Assembly: GCF_006345805.1 (NCBI RefSeq) | Contig: NC_043019.1 | Location: forward strand, 1,302,001-1,366,000 | Length of the DNA: 64,000 nucleotides | DNA from: Octopus sinensis | Lineage: Eukaryota | Direction: 5' to 3' | Shown here: in pieces, positions 51,421 through 64,000 of the stretch | Position numbering within the stretch: position 1 is the first letter of the stretch | How the letters are laid out: the number at the start of each line of letters is the position of its first letter | Position numbers and translations under genes: made by a program | The notes under the pieces: model-generated | Database searches by the model: none | Told to the model about the DNA's origin: nothing | Seen by the model: the letters and a program-made list of their open reading frames with translations, nothing else

Positions 51421-51456
51421 CAGTACTGGTTTCGGTCATTAAGACTTTTTCAACTG
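51421..51456 (-). ncRNA. Hammerhead-like motif with U3-A8 core variant
   Basis: CAG-TTGAAAA-A[GTC ttaat GAC]C-GAA-ACCAGT-A-CTG. Confidence 0.45.
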
Positions 51457-53249
51457 TGTGTATGGAAAACAATTAAATTTTGGAGAAATTAAATGAACAG
51501 TTTCTAAAAGAATATTTGTATAGTATTCAAGTACAAGGGGTATTTTCCTTGTTTCTGCTTGTCTCTGTTTCACTTGTTTTCTCTTGTGGATTTGAGGTCG
51601 TCGAGATTTCTTGTTATATGAAAGGCGATGATGGATTCTACTAAAATACTGGAGAATCCCGCTGCAATTTAGTGAATGTACACCTATCTACATATCTAAA
51701 TTCACGGGATATAAGATGTCGAAAGTATGTTAAGAGTCAATGCAGCAATGGATATTAAACAATTGAATAATAATTCTCTTTATGTTACATTGGAAACGTC
51801 TATTTCGAACGATCAACATTTTAAATACACGAGCTATATGAATATTATATGTTGTTGCTGGACCTGCTCAAAACAGCAGCTAATCCCTCTCAAATAACCT
51901 CAACCGTCTTCAACATGAAGGATGCGTGAAATATTTGTGGTGGAGTCACAGCCGGTACTCTTATAGTGTTAGCTGTACTCTGATCTCAAGAACGACAAGA
52001 GAGAGCAGCTACATCTCATCTTGCCAAACAACTTGCTCGCCTTAAAGTTAAGGAAGAAGATATAAAACCTCGTGAAGTATATAATTTCTAAATAGATTAA
52101 GATGAGAAAACTTGTGGGTTAAGCAGCAGCAATGACGAATGTATGCTATACAACGAGAGAAAACTCTGGATGGTCACTCATCTTGTAGGAAATATCAAAA
52201 ACATTTTCCGCAAACCAAACTTTACTACCTTCAAGGAAGAAAGCGTTTGTGAACTATTGAGTGGAAGATCACAAGTGGATACATTTAATCATCACCATTC
52301 TTTGATCAGTGAAGGCTTGCGACTAACAACAAGAAAAAAAACATATATATGTTACAGTATAAAGGTGAGTTGTGTTTAAATGTCGTTTATAGGTAATGGA
52401 AGAGGATTTATACCGGAGAGACTATTACTATTATGCCAGTATTATTTAATGCCTGATCACTTTTCATTGATCAGTTGACTGTTCTTGATCAAAGGCAGCT
52501 TATCGCTCACTATCATCGTTTTTGTAAAAACATTTCCAGAACTACAAACATAGAACATCAAGGAACTTTACATATGATTTATTTACGTAGTCTTTTATAT
52601 TTATTTGAATTTTTGCATGATCGCACATTGTAAAGTCCGTAGCTGCTCGGAATATATAGGAGTGAATAAAATCTACCAAAGGAATTATATACTTTGTTCA
52701 AGTATGCGTTTTGCAATACCTATGTTCATCCATCGGAGCGATGAGAGCCACCAAATCATACATAAGGATAACTGACGACTTGCTCGGTACTTCGTTTAAA
52801 ATTAATAAAATTTGCGCACCGCCGACTTGAATCTCTCACCATCTTCAATCCTGAGGCGAGACTAAATCAAGAAGACTGGGAACGTAGACTTCTGCTAAAC
52901 TCAATCAATGTTTTTTGAGACTAATGTGTTGGTTGAATACTAATCGATGATACGTGCACACAGATATACACCTATCTGCCAGACAGTAGTTTGTGTTAAG
53001 TCATAAGTGAAGAGCTTTCAGTCTTGTTAGATTCACATAGTAATATCAATTGTTATATAACCAAAATTGTTTTATGCTGCTAAAAAAATCTTTATTTTAT
53101 CAGTTCATTTTGTGTGGTTTCATTTACACTGCAAAACTCCACCAGATCTCATGAAAGATATATAAAGTTTGACTGAAGTTTGTGAATGTTTCTGATATCC
53201 TTACTGTCAATACCACTTCATCAGCTACAATATATTTTTAATGAATATC

Positions 53250-53665
53250 CAGGAGTGGCTGTGTGGTACGTAGCTTGTTAACCAACCACATGGTTCTGGG
53301 TTCAGTCCCACTGCGTGGCATCTTGGGCAAGTGTCTTCTGCTATAGCCCCGGGCCGACCAATGCCTTGTGAGTGGATTTGGTAGACGGAAACTGAAAGAA
53401 GCCTGTCGTATATATGTATATATGTATATGTGTGTATGTGTGTATGTTTGTGTGTGTGTGTTTGTTCCCCTAGCATTGCTTGACAACCGATGCTGGTGTG
53501 TTTACGTCCCCGTCACTTAGCGGTTCGGCAATAGAGACCGATAGAATAAGTACTGGGCTTACAAAGAATAAGTCCCGGGGTCGATTTGCTCGACTAAAGG
53601 CCGTGCTCCAGCATGGCCGCAGTCAAATGACTGAAACAAGTAAAAGAGTAAAAGAGTGAAAGAGT
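53250..53665 (+). mobile_element. SINE family A, near full length
   Basis: Sequence similarity; (AGTAAAAG)-type tail. Confidence 0.9.
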
Positions 53666-54023
53666 ATCCAATTATATTAAGATCTTGCTGTGGAAATGCA
53701 CTCAATTTCAAATACATCTGTTTGGTTGAAAGCAAGGTAGTATAAATGAGACTCAGACAAGCTAAAATATATTTGTCATATTTTTTTACTTCTAAAAGCA
53801 AATTCACTGCAATTTACCGTGGAAAAATATTCTCAGGGTAAAACATATATAATCTGCCCAGTCGTTTTCCCTATCGGATTCCCAGATATGCGTTTCAAGC
53901 TCTATAGTCTTCTTTTGCTATATTTATCTCGACAAGGTTGTCCACAGATGTTGACTGTTTTTTAGTTAAGGCCACAGCTTTGAATGTGCTCACCGTTATC
54001 TTTCCTCGTTACTTCCCATTGAA

Positions 54024-54411
54024 GTGGAGGCGCAATGGCCCAGTGGTTAGGGCAGTGGACTCGCGGTCGTAGGATCGCGGTTTCGATTCCCAGACCGGGC
54101 GTTGTGAGTGTTTATTGAGCGAAAACGCCTAAAGCTCCACGAGGCTGCGGCAGGGGATGGCGGTGATCCTTGGTGTACTCTTTCACCACAACTTTCTCTC
54201 ACTCTTACTTCCTGTTTCTGTTGTACCTGTATTTCAAGGGGCCGGCATTGTCACTCTGTGTGTCACGCTGAATATCCCCGAGAACTACATTAAGGGTGCA
54301 CGTGTCTGTGGAGTGCTCAGCCACTTACACGTTAATTTCACGAGCAGGCTGTTCCGTTGATTCGGATCAACTGGAACCCTCATCGTCGTAACCGACGGAG
54401 TGCTTCCACAC
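54024..54411 (+). mobile_element. SINE family B (tRNA-derived), full length
   Basis: 13-bp TSD acttcccattgaa at 54011-54023 and 54412-54424. Confidence 0.9.
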
Positions 54412-54721
54412 ACTTCCCATTGAAATATGCTATATTGCCAGAAATGCGGGTCTGGGAATCCGACTGAGGGAAGCACTGGGCATATATGGTGCTTTTACAT
54501 ATTTTACCATAAGGAAAGCTTTTCTTTCTCCAGGGTAACTGCAATGATTTAGGCTTAGAAATTTAAAATATTTCACAACGACGCGCAATGATGAACAAAA
54601 AGCAGAGTAAGAGCAAGCAAACGAGGGCTGATGGGCTTGGGAGAGGTTTCGAAACCTGAATTCTGACTCCAATTTTTCAAACGTAAGAAATTTAATATAC
54701 GTATATATACTGATATAGATA

Positions 54722-54926
54722 TACGAGGAATGCTGAAAATTTCCTGGATTTAAGGGTGTCACAAAAGGCCTGGTCGGAGGACCAACCTTCCGAGTTCTGA
54801 AAAACCGAAGGACCACTGCAGTAAATGTGAAAATCTGACAGGTGAATATGCTGAATAAAATCATGATTAACTGATCCTTCTGTTTATTCTTTAACCCAAA
54901 GCCAGGAACTATTCAGCACCCTCGTA
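54722..54926. mobile_element. mariner-type MITE
   Basis: TA TSD; TIRs CGAGGAATGCTGAAAATTTCCTGG / CCAGGAACTATTCAGCACCCTCG. Confidence 0.8.
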
Positions 54927-55308
54927 TGCAAACGGAGCTAGTATTACTGCCGCGGCTAGCTCTAGAGATCCCTTCGATGAGTTCTTTTTAGGGGAATTCA
55001 AGTGTACTATTCCCAATGGTGGGGGTCTTCACAAGATTGATCACCTCAATGTAGTGCTGGTAGGTGTATAACAAAAATAATTACTATATTTATCCCGACC
55101 AGGTGACCCAGCAGTGCAACTCCGAACATGTCAGTTTGTGCAAGTTTATTCAACCAGGTCTTACTATTTCTTGTCTCCACATCATCTCATCTATATTTTG
55201 TTTTTACTTTAGTGATTGCTCAAAAGTTACACCTGGTCCTGCCTTTCTATACCAAGTCTTCATTAGATATTACTATCTGTGGTTTTTTTTTTGTTTTTTC
55301 TTTTGCTT

Positions 55309-55742
55309 GGATCTTTTCGGTTTGAACGGCAGTTTTTAACATAATTTCTAGATAACTAAAAAATCTTAAACTTCGTATACTGGTAGAAAGTGTTTATAAA
55401 ACATCTTTTTCTCTTGGCTTCATTGAGAAAATTCTATACTTTGTAAGATAGTTGTTTTTTGTTTCTTCAATTTCTGCAATTTCAACCAATGAAATACGTC
55501 TATTAATGTAAAAAAACATTATGTGCCGTATGAATATGTCCCTCGTTTAAGAAACAGATTGGGTTTATTTACATTTCTGAAGTAAAAAAAGATACCCTTC
55601 CCCCCCACCCTAACCCTAACCCTAACTAACCCTAACCCTAAAACAGAGAGAAAGGCAATAGATCGATACTAGGGTCATAATTATGGGTGACAACTTCATA
55701 TGACACCGCTAGAAAAAACTGCCGTTCAAACCGAAAAGATCC
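55309..55742. mobile_element. MITE with 28-bp perfect TIRs and internal (CCCTAA)n, Merlin-like
   Basis: GGATCTTTTCGGTTTGAACGGCAGTTTT at 55309-55336 and its reverse complement at 55715-55742; flanks ttttgctt/ttttgcag (6/8 TSD match). Confidence 0.8.
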
Positions 55743-56854
55743 TTTTGCAGCCCCTGGAGATATAAATATCAAAATATCAAAGAGGAATGTTAAACGCAGC
55801 GATCTTCTCTACCATTGACTGCGGGATATGTTCCCAGTATCACCGGGACTCTCTATAATGCACACTGAAACACTATAAAAAAAAAAAACATGCGTGTGTA
55901 TATGTGCGTGCGTGCGCGTGTAGGGGCGGGGAATAATAATCCCGTCGAAACGTTTTGTTGGAGAAAAACAAAGGCTCAAACGAACGAGGCAGATGATTAT
56001 ATTCTATCCCCGTACAATGATTTAGTTATCTGCACACTCGTTACTTCCACCTAACTCGTTTTTACTTTAATACTATATTTCAATAGTGAGTATCTCGTCT
56101 AAGCCATCATCAATCTACTTTCAGTATCGCCGATAATTTGTTGTATGAATTCGGAGATAGAATTTGAAGGGAAATGAGAAAACGTAATAGGACCTTATCA
56201 TATTTTGTTTTCGCTACAGAAAAGGGTATATATTTATTCAAGAAGTTATTTTCAGATAATCTCATTCAGCTATGCAACCCGTATCCTCGGTATGATTATC
56301 TCAGCATAATCAGGAGAATTTATCTGGCCTCAAATAAATAACGTAAGCACGTGCCGATACTAAGGTTTTGCTTACTATTTATTAATATTTTATATGTAAT
56401 TTTTTTTCATATTTAATTATTTTATTTTTTGTATCTTTTATTTTTCTATTTTTATTCATTCATTTTTTGGGAAGCAATAAAACTGAACAAGACCTTCGTT
56501 ATTCTGTTGAAGGAAGGCGGTGAGCTGACAAAACCGTTCTGAGTTCAAATTACACCAAGGTTGATATTGATTTCCACATTTGGTTTCGATAAATTAAGAA
56601 CTAACCAAGTATTGAAGTCGATGTAATCGAATTCCACAAAAGCAGCTGGCCATGTGCCAGAATTTGTAACCACGATTTTAGTGGGATGTTTAACCAACAA
56701 ATGTACCTCTACGTGGTCACATCACCTGCCACAAACAGGTATCTTCTGAGTTAAGTTACGTTGATGGAAGCTGTATACTCTTAGAGTTCCGCTATGATTC
56801 CAAACTTACAACCGAATTATATCATTTGTGCTGCTGATACTACGAGTGAATCAT

Positions 56855-57280
56855 ATAAGAGGCAGGCTTCCCAAACACATATTTCCAGGTTCAGTCCCAC
56901 TTCGTGGCACATCGGCCAAGTGTCTTTTATTCTAGCCTCGGGCCGATCGTAGTCTTGAGATTGGGTTTGGCAGACAGGAATTGGAAGAAGACCGCCATGT
57001 ATATATATATATATATATATATAAATGTGTGTGTGTTAGTGTTTAAATGTGTGTGTAAGTGTTTGTGTGTGTGTGTTTGTGTCCTACCATCATCTGAGAA
57101 CCGAGATTTGTGTATTTACGTCCCCGCATCTCATTGCCTTCGCGAAAATGACCGAGAGGACGGACAAGTAAGTACCAGGCTTTACAAATATAAGTACTGT
57201 TCTCGATTCATTTGACTAAAGCTCGTCAAGACGATACCCAAGTACGACCGTAGTGTAATCGCTGAAGCAAGTAAATAGTA
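56855..57280 (+). mobile_element. SINE family A, strongly diverged
   Basis: ccaggttcagtcccacttcgtggcac... Confidence 0.7.
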
Positions 57281-57551
57281 AGGTCAGGGGTCGGGTCGAA
57301 AAGTAAACTCTGTTCGCAATACAAATAGAGCAATACATACGCGGACTGGAAGCTATTCTGTTATTATACAAATAACTGTACCCAACTGTCTACTTGACTT
57401 TTGGATGCCTTTGAATGCTTAGGTTTAGGCATCCACCTGATGAAAAGGGTTGCTCTCTAATGATGTAATGTCTCCATGAATCAGTTAAAAATTCGTTGGA
57501 AACAGCTGTAGTGTATTGACTCATTAACCATCATCTGTGATATGTATATAT

Positions 57552-57594
<43 letters not shown>

Positions 57595-57629
57595 GCGCAT
57601 ACAAACACGCACACATACACACACACACT

Positions 57630-57684
<55 letters not shown>

Positions 57685-58479
57685 ATGGATAGATAGATAG
57701 AGAGAGAGAGATGGATAGATATATAGATAGATAGATAGATTGATTGATAGCTAGATAGATGAGTTAGAAGTAAACAGAGCTTTCGACTTCTTTGTTTTCG
57801 CTTGTATTTTTGAGAAATTTTCCGGATATGTAGATTAAAAAAGCGTATGATTTAATATATAAAAAATTTCAAATTTTTTTTCAGTATGTGAGAAAACTAA
57901 CAGCCGAAACTTCATCTTGAACTTCAAATTATTTTGTTCGAATTATGTTTTATATACAGATGATTACAAATTTTGTTAAGAAAATTTCTTTCAATTTTCT
58001 ATTTCCTGTTCTCTTTTCATCAAATCAATCGTACGCACCACATAATTATTTTTTTGTAATAACCGCGCTTTCGACGATGAATAACTATTTAGTTCATCAA
58101 TTGTACATATGTGTGTGTATACATATATGTGCGTGTGTGCCTGTATATATACATATATATATACATATGCACACACAGATACACACATGTACACGTCTCT
58201 CTCTCTCTTATTATATATATATACATATATATATATAATTATATATATATAGAGAGAGAGAGACGTATAAACCTACATACACGCATATATATGCATGTGT
58301 GTATGTGCGTAGACATATGAATTCTGACTTTATAACTTTGTTTTCAGTCTTCAGAAAACTTCTTTGGATTTCCATGGACTACGCATTAGCGCCGTTCAAA
58401 AAAATTATAATAAATTGCATTTTTTTGTTTCTATGTTTGTTAAATTATATTTTCAGCATGAATAATTGTTCATAATAAT

Positions 58480-58600
58480 AATAATAATGACAATAATAAC
58501 ACCACCACCAACAACAACAACAACAATATAAAAATCCTAATAATAATAATAATAATAATAATTATAACAATAACAATAATAATAATAATAATAATAATTA

Positions 58601-58655
<55 letters not shown>

Positions 58656-58657
58656 AC

Positions 58658-58698
<41 letters not shown>

Positions 58699-58725
58699 TA
58701 ATAATAATAATAAAAATTTAATAAT

Positions 58726-58771
<46 letters not shown>

Positions 58772-58882
58772 GCAACAACAATAATAATGATATTCGTATT
58801 AATAATAATGATGTTGATGATGATGATAATGATGTTGAAATAATAATAGCAACAATAATAATAATAATAATAACAATGATAG

Positions 58883-58919
<37 letters not shown>

Positions 58920-58985
58920 AATATTAATAATAATAATAATAAGAAGAAGAAGAAGAAGAAGAAGAATGATAATAATAATATAGTA
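58480..58985. repeat. Compound (AAT)n/(TTA)n/(AAG)n microsatellite
   Basis: Direct inspection. Confidence 0.95.
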
Positions 58986-59516
58986 ATTTGCAAATTATTA
59001 TTAGTATTTCCTTTGTGGCTAGTCTTCCTCTATCTTTTTACGCAACGGCTGTATCAGATTATGAACCGACGCAGGCCTTTAACTTCTGTGCAACGCATTA
59101 AATATAAAATCAGATATTGAAATTTATGATTTACAAAGAAGAAATTTAGAAATTATTAAAGCGAATTCCATTTTTTGAATTTATTTTATTTTATTTTATT
59201 TTATTTATTTTTCAAAGAGAAAACTTTCGGTGCGAAATATCTGAACCAAAAAATTAAATTCATGTGAATTGCAAACTAAAAGTATTAATAGCGTATTTAA
59301 ATTCTGCTAGAAATTTTTTTTCTGAGTTTGCGGAGCTAAGTCCTCGAGTCAAACACTAAAGTTAATTATGTATTGGAAAATAGTTTCTAATACAGACACA
59401 AGGCCTGGACTTCGCTGATACTTAGTTTTGATCGAGGATGAAAGGATGAAGATTTAGTCGATTTTGGTTTGATTTCAACTCAGAACATAAAGAGTGGCAA
59501 GCGGTCACTAAGAAAG

Positions 59517-59748
59517 ACGGCGAGCTGGCAGAAACGTTAGCACGCCGGACGACATGCTTAGCGGTATTTCCATCTGCGGTTACGTTCTGAGTTCAAATTC
59601 CGCCGAGGTCGACTTTGCCTTTCATCCTTTCGGGCTCGATTAGATAAGTACCACTTACGAACTGGAGTCGATATAATCGACTTAATCCGTTTGTCTGTCA
59701 TTGTTTTCCCCCTCTATGTTTATCCCCTTGTGGGCAATAAAGAAATAA
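59517..59748 (+). mobile_element. SINE family C, full length
   Basis: Sequence similarity to 17607 and 31258 copies. Confidence 0.85.
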
Positions 59749-61353
59749 GAGGTCACTAAGCAAGTTTTCCGACAAGCTAAGTTTCTGCCCAGTCGCGGCC
59801 TTAATATGCATTCAATAATGGCCATATTAGTCTAATACATTTTCACTATTTATGATAAAAGTAATGTGATTAGTTAAAGTCTTAGTAGCATTGTCATTCA
59901 CTCTCTAAAATCTGCCTACTTGCAACGTTGGTGATGGTGAAATTTATATTTTCTCTCTCTAGAAAGCATCCAAGATTTTATGGTTTGTTTGTTTTTTCAG
60001 AATACCCCATAAATAGATAAATTTTGTTTTTGTTCTTCTGATTTTTGGAGATACTAGGTGTTACGAAATGGCTACACCACGAATAAAATATCAAAAGCAA
60101 ATTAGCACCTAAAACTGCTATTCAGTTGATAAGTTGTGTGTTTATGATTATATACTACAATAATCACAGAGATAACTTCATGATGTTAGCAGCTGCTTCC
60201 TGTTATAAAATATAGTCATAGTTCAGAGCAACACATTTTGAGGATATGAAGACGATAATGTGTGTCTTATTTCAAATAGCTTTTCATATTCCATGTGAAG
60301 TCTCAGTAACATGTTCTATTTACAATGCTGACCAAATCTTCAGGAGTTTCTTTTCAATATCAAAAACCAAATCCAACACTTTCAGGTGGTCAACTTTTAC
60401 GATAATAGTAACAAATTGTATTTTCGTTAGCGGATTAAATAACAATTATTTTAAGGTAGGTGTTAAAATTATTGATTACCCGAATCAATCACACTTTACC
60501 GAAGTGTGACCAAACGGCAATAGATTACAAATAAAAACAAGCAGAACGTGGGCAAGCTGTCATTCGCATCACTCCATGAATTAGTTAAACGTGACGTGAT
60601 TTAATTTGTTCAAGTAAAATCAATGGGCGGTATCTGAAGAATATTCAAAGTGAACGTATAAAATGATTGTCTTTTCTTCGCGGAGTAGGGGGATCTGAGT
60701 CTTGTTCTGAGTCTTGTTCTCGCTACTGTCTAATGAAATTATTCTCCTAGTACCAACCTCAGCGGAGATATCAAGCGAAAACATTTGATTTTCTACTGAT
60801 TTATTATCTTCATAGGTTCACAAAATCTTGTTTTATATCGATGAAGTTATACATGATTCCTGTAATTTTTGGAACATTTTACTCGCTTCTCTTCGGACGT
60901 AATGATAATCATTAATTAGAAGACAACTACAACTGACGGTATGAAGTGGCCACATATGGATAATGCATAGCATAGTGATACTTACTATGTGAAAAATCAT
61001 AAATATAATAACATACTTTTGAACTGTATTGTTGACAAGTAATTTGTAGTGTTGCTCCACAATATTTAATCTATAGCATTATCTGAAACTGTAACATGTG
61101 AAAAGAAGTTTTATTTGAAGATATCTTCGTATAGTTGTATTCATCATTTCGAGTCCCTTCGAAATTTGGAAACTGGAGGAAGAGAAAGAAATAGTAAAAA
61201 TTTGAAGTAAGTGAATTCTATGCATATTTATCCTTACAATTCTTTCATTTTAAAATCAAATTTCTAATGTGCCAAATATGAGGAAGAAACAACAGGAAAC
61301 TAACACATGAATTCGAAACGATCCCATTAAGCACTATGCTTCCAGAGATGATC

Positions 61354-61401
<48 letters not shown>

Positions 61402-61496
61402 GTATATATGTATATGTATAAATGAGCATATACATATATATATAAATACACACACACAATATATATATATATAGATATATATATATATAAATACAC

Positions 61497-61528
<32 letters not shown>

Positions 61529-61583
61529 ATATATATATATATATATTATATATATAATATATATATATAATATATATAAATAC

Positions 61584-61636
<53 letters not shown>

Positions 61637-61644
61637 CACATATA

Positions 61645-61720
<76 letters not shown>

Positions 61721-61807
61721 TATTAGAGACAAAACCACTATTTTGCAAAACAAACAAGGAAAGACTTAATCAATACATAAAATTTTAATAAATAGTCAAA
61801 AAAACCG

Positions 61808-61850
61808 CCACTACAATTGTTTCTTGTCTTCATCGACAATCTTCAGGTGG
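61808..61850 (-). ncRNA. Canonical minimal type I hammerhead ribozyme
   Basis: CCAC-CTGAAGA-TTGTC gatgaa GACAA-GAA-ACAATTGT-A-GTGG. Confidence 0.85.
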
Positions 61851-61897
61851 ACTTCCAATAAGTCAGTTTCAAATTACGAAACTGACTTATTGGAAGT

Positions 61898-61939
61898 CCA
61901 CCTGAAGATTGTCGATCAGACAAGAAACAATTGTAGTGG
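61898..61939 (+). ncRNA. Canonical minimal type I hammerhead ribozyme
   Basis: CCAC-CTGAAGA-TTGTC gatca GACAA-GAA-ACAATTGT-A-GTGG; predicted cleavage 3' of 61935. Confidence 0.85.
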
Positions 61940-62113
61940 CGGTTTTTTGACTATTTATTAAAATTTTATGTATTGATTAAGTCTTTCCTTGTTTGTTTTG
62001 CAAAATAGTGGTTTTGTCTCTAATAATATTTTATAATATTTTACTATAAAATTGGATTTAATCCTAAATCTGATTTTTTCCCTGTAAATTTGGATTTATT
62101 CCCTAATATTTAT

Positions 62114-62185
<72 letters not shown>

Positions 62186-62325
62186 GAACGAGCATCTCTG
62201 TAAGCATAGCGCTTAATGGGATCGTTTCGAATTCACGTGTAGTTTCCTGTTGTTTCTTCCTCATATTTGGCACATTAGAAATTTGAATTTAAAATGAAAG
62301 AATTATAAGGATAAATATGCATAGT

Positions 62326-62432
62326 TACGGTGAAAGAGTACAGCAGGGTTCGCCACCATCCCCTGTAGGAACTCGTGGAGCTTTAGGTGTTTTCACCCAA
62401 TAAGCTCCCTCAACGCGCAATGTGGGAATCAG
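62326..62432 (-). mobile_element. SINE family B fragment
   Basis: ggtgaaagagtacagcaggg...gtggagctttaggtgtttt. Confidence 0.65.
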
Positions 62433-63149
62433 AACACAGGTACGCAAACACAGATGCATTCACACACACACACACACACACATAAGCTCAATGTCTCATA
62501 AACTATTGACACCCACATCTTCATAAATATAAATTGAGAATGCGTAATCAAGAAGGCCTACGCACCAGGTGCAGATCTGGAGCAGAGAAGTAATGTTCTT
62601 GAGGAGGTGGAGAACAACTTCCAATATTTGTGGACTGGCATATTAGCTTGGCGATATCTATTAATATCCAGTACTGCTGACTTGAGAGATACTTAGAAAT
62701 ATTAATATTCATATATATATATATATATTATATATATAATCAGCAACAACATTTAACATCCATATTTCTTCAGCTTACTATGTCATAAACTCACTATTTA
62801 CACCCACATCTTCATAAATATAAATTGAGAATCTATATTTATGGGTTATGTGTATGGATGTATATACACACACATGCATACATACTTATATATATATGCA
62901 TATAATTTTATATATATGCACATAAGTATATATATATACATATATGTATATAAGCATATATATATGTGTGTGTGTTGTGTGAGTGCATGTGAATGTAAAT
63001 ATACATATACACATATATGTGTATGTGTGTGTATTTTTTTGTACTTTCAGTTCAGAGCTGTGGCCATGCTGGAGCACCGCCGTTTTGCTACACTATTATT
63101 ACTGAGTGCTTCCTCTAAAACCTGGCACTTGGTGAAGAATGGAGTTTGA

Positions 63150-63775
63150 CGTGGCTACCCGCATTTGCACCTCTTGCCTTGAAGTAGGTTCATCTGGACT
63201 CTCGACTGGCACACGTCCAGTTTCGATTTGAAAACACCTACATCAACCTTGTGCAGGTCCCTAAGGTTCTTTGAGGGAATATTAAAAAGTTGTGGCCCCC
63301 TGAAACCCAGGCTGTTCCAGTCACATCGCAATGACATTGCTGGGATGTTTGGCACGGTGCAGTTTCAACCCTTTATGGCATTGGTGTAGCTTTCAATGCC
63401 AAAATTTGGTACAATTCTTTCCCGGATTTTCCAGATGTATATGCTGCATACCTCTCCCGCCTTCGCTCCATGGACCAGAGTCTTAACTGTTTCAGCCTTT
63501 CCCTGTAGCTGAACTGTTGCAATGAAACGATCTTCTTTGTGAAGCTTCGTTGGAATACTTCAAGGTCAACTGTTAAATATACACTGTTGGGTGACCATAG
63601 CTGGGATCAGTAATCTAGGCAGCTCTGGTTCTGAACGTTCTCAGGATAACATCGTGCGAGTCGTCTGCACATTGTCGCCATCCTGGTAATGTGCACTTGG
63701 AAAGAGGTATCATCACATATGTCGATACCCAGGTCTCTCTCTGATTTAGGCTCTCGGATGGAGTCCACACTGTAT
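63150..63775 (-). pseudogene. CR1/L2-clade LINE RT C-terminal remnant
   Basis: Frameshifted ERDLGID..SF.VHI, SQLWSP, RERLKQLRLWSMERRRERY..IWKI, NSLGFRGPQLFN..FKSKLD. Confidence 0.8.
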
Positions 63776-63940
63776 TATCTGTATATATATTATTGTGTCT
63801 TGTGGGGGATACTTTTTAGAGTGAATTGATATCTACTTGGACTTGTCTCCCTACTTCTTATATATATACATATATATACACACACACACACACATATATA
63901 TACATATGAATACACACACACAACACACACATATATATAT

Positions 63941-63988
<48 letters not shown>

Positions 63989-64000
63989 TGGCGGCGAGCT

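Larger units (their letters stand above)
61711..62035. repeat. Near-perfect inverted repeat (~160-bp arms, 7-nt spacer), pLTR-derived
   Basis: 61711-61870 versus 61878-62035; differ only in the HHR loop II and an A-run length. Confidence 0.95.

Noticed and set aside
54024-54100. tRNA gene
   Set aside because: The tRNA-like sequence is the head of a SINE with TSDs; no acceptor stem closure. The same applies at 19418 and 33110-33182.
55608-55642. True telomere or chromosome-fusion scar
   Set aside because: Short, single-orientation tract enclosed by MITE TIRs.

Overview
AT-rich, microsatellite-saturated animal DNA. The repeat families (three tRNA-related SINEs, R4/Dong, CR1, a Tx1-like ORF1, Penelope-like elements, Helitrons, mariner, hAT, Chapaev3 and a Merlin-like MITE) look like an Octopus or other coleoid cephalopod genome; this is an inference from recognition, not a search result. 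No intact host protein-coding gene can be demonstrated. There is one candidate 3-exon gene or pseudogene for a secreted, GPI-anchored protein (41.4-44.2 kb, minus strand). The main unexplained structure is a set of hammerhead ribozyme (HHR) motifs. A ~545-bp tandem array at 45.66-49.26 kb carries one minimal type I HHR per unit (6 copies) in two divergent arms and is a candidate retrozyme/circRNA element. Several (TA)n-embedded, Penelope-derived palindromes carry further canonical and variant HHRs. Coordinates were counted by eye: HHR, TIR and TSD ends should be near exact, while decayed-repeat boundaries are approximate (tens of bp). No ribozyme activity or expression can be shown from sequence alone.
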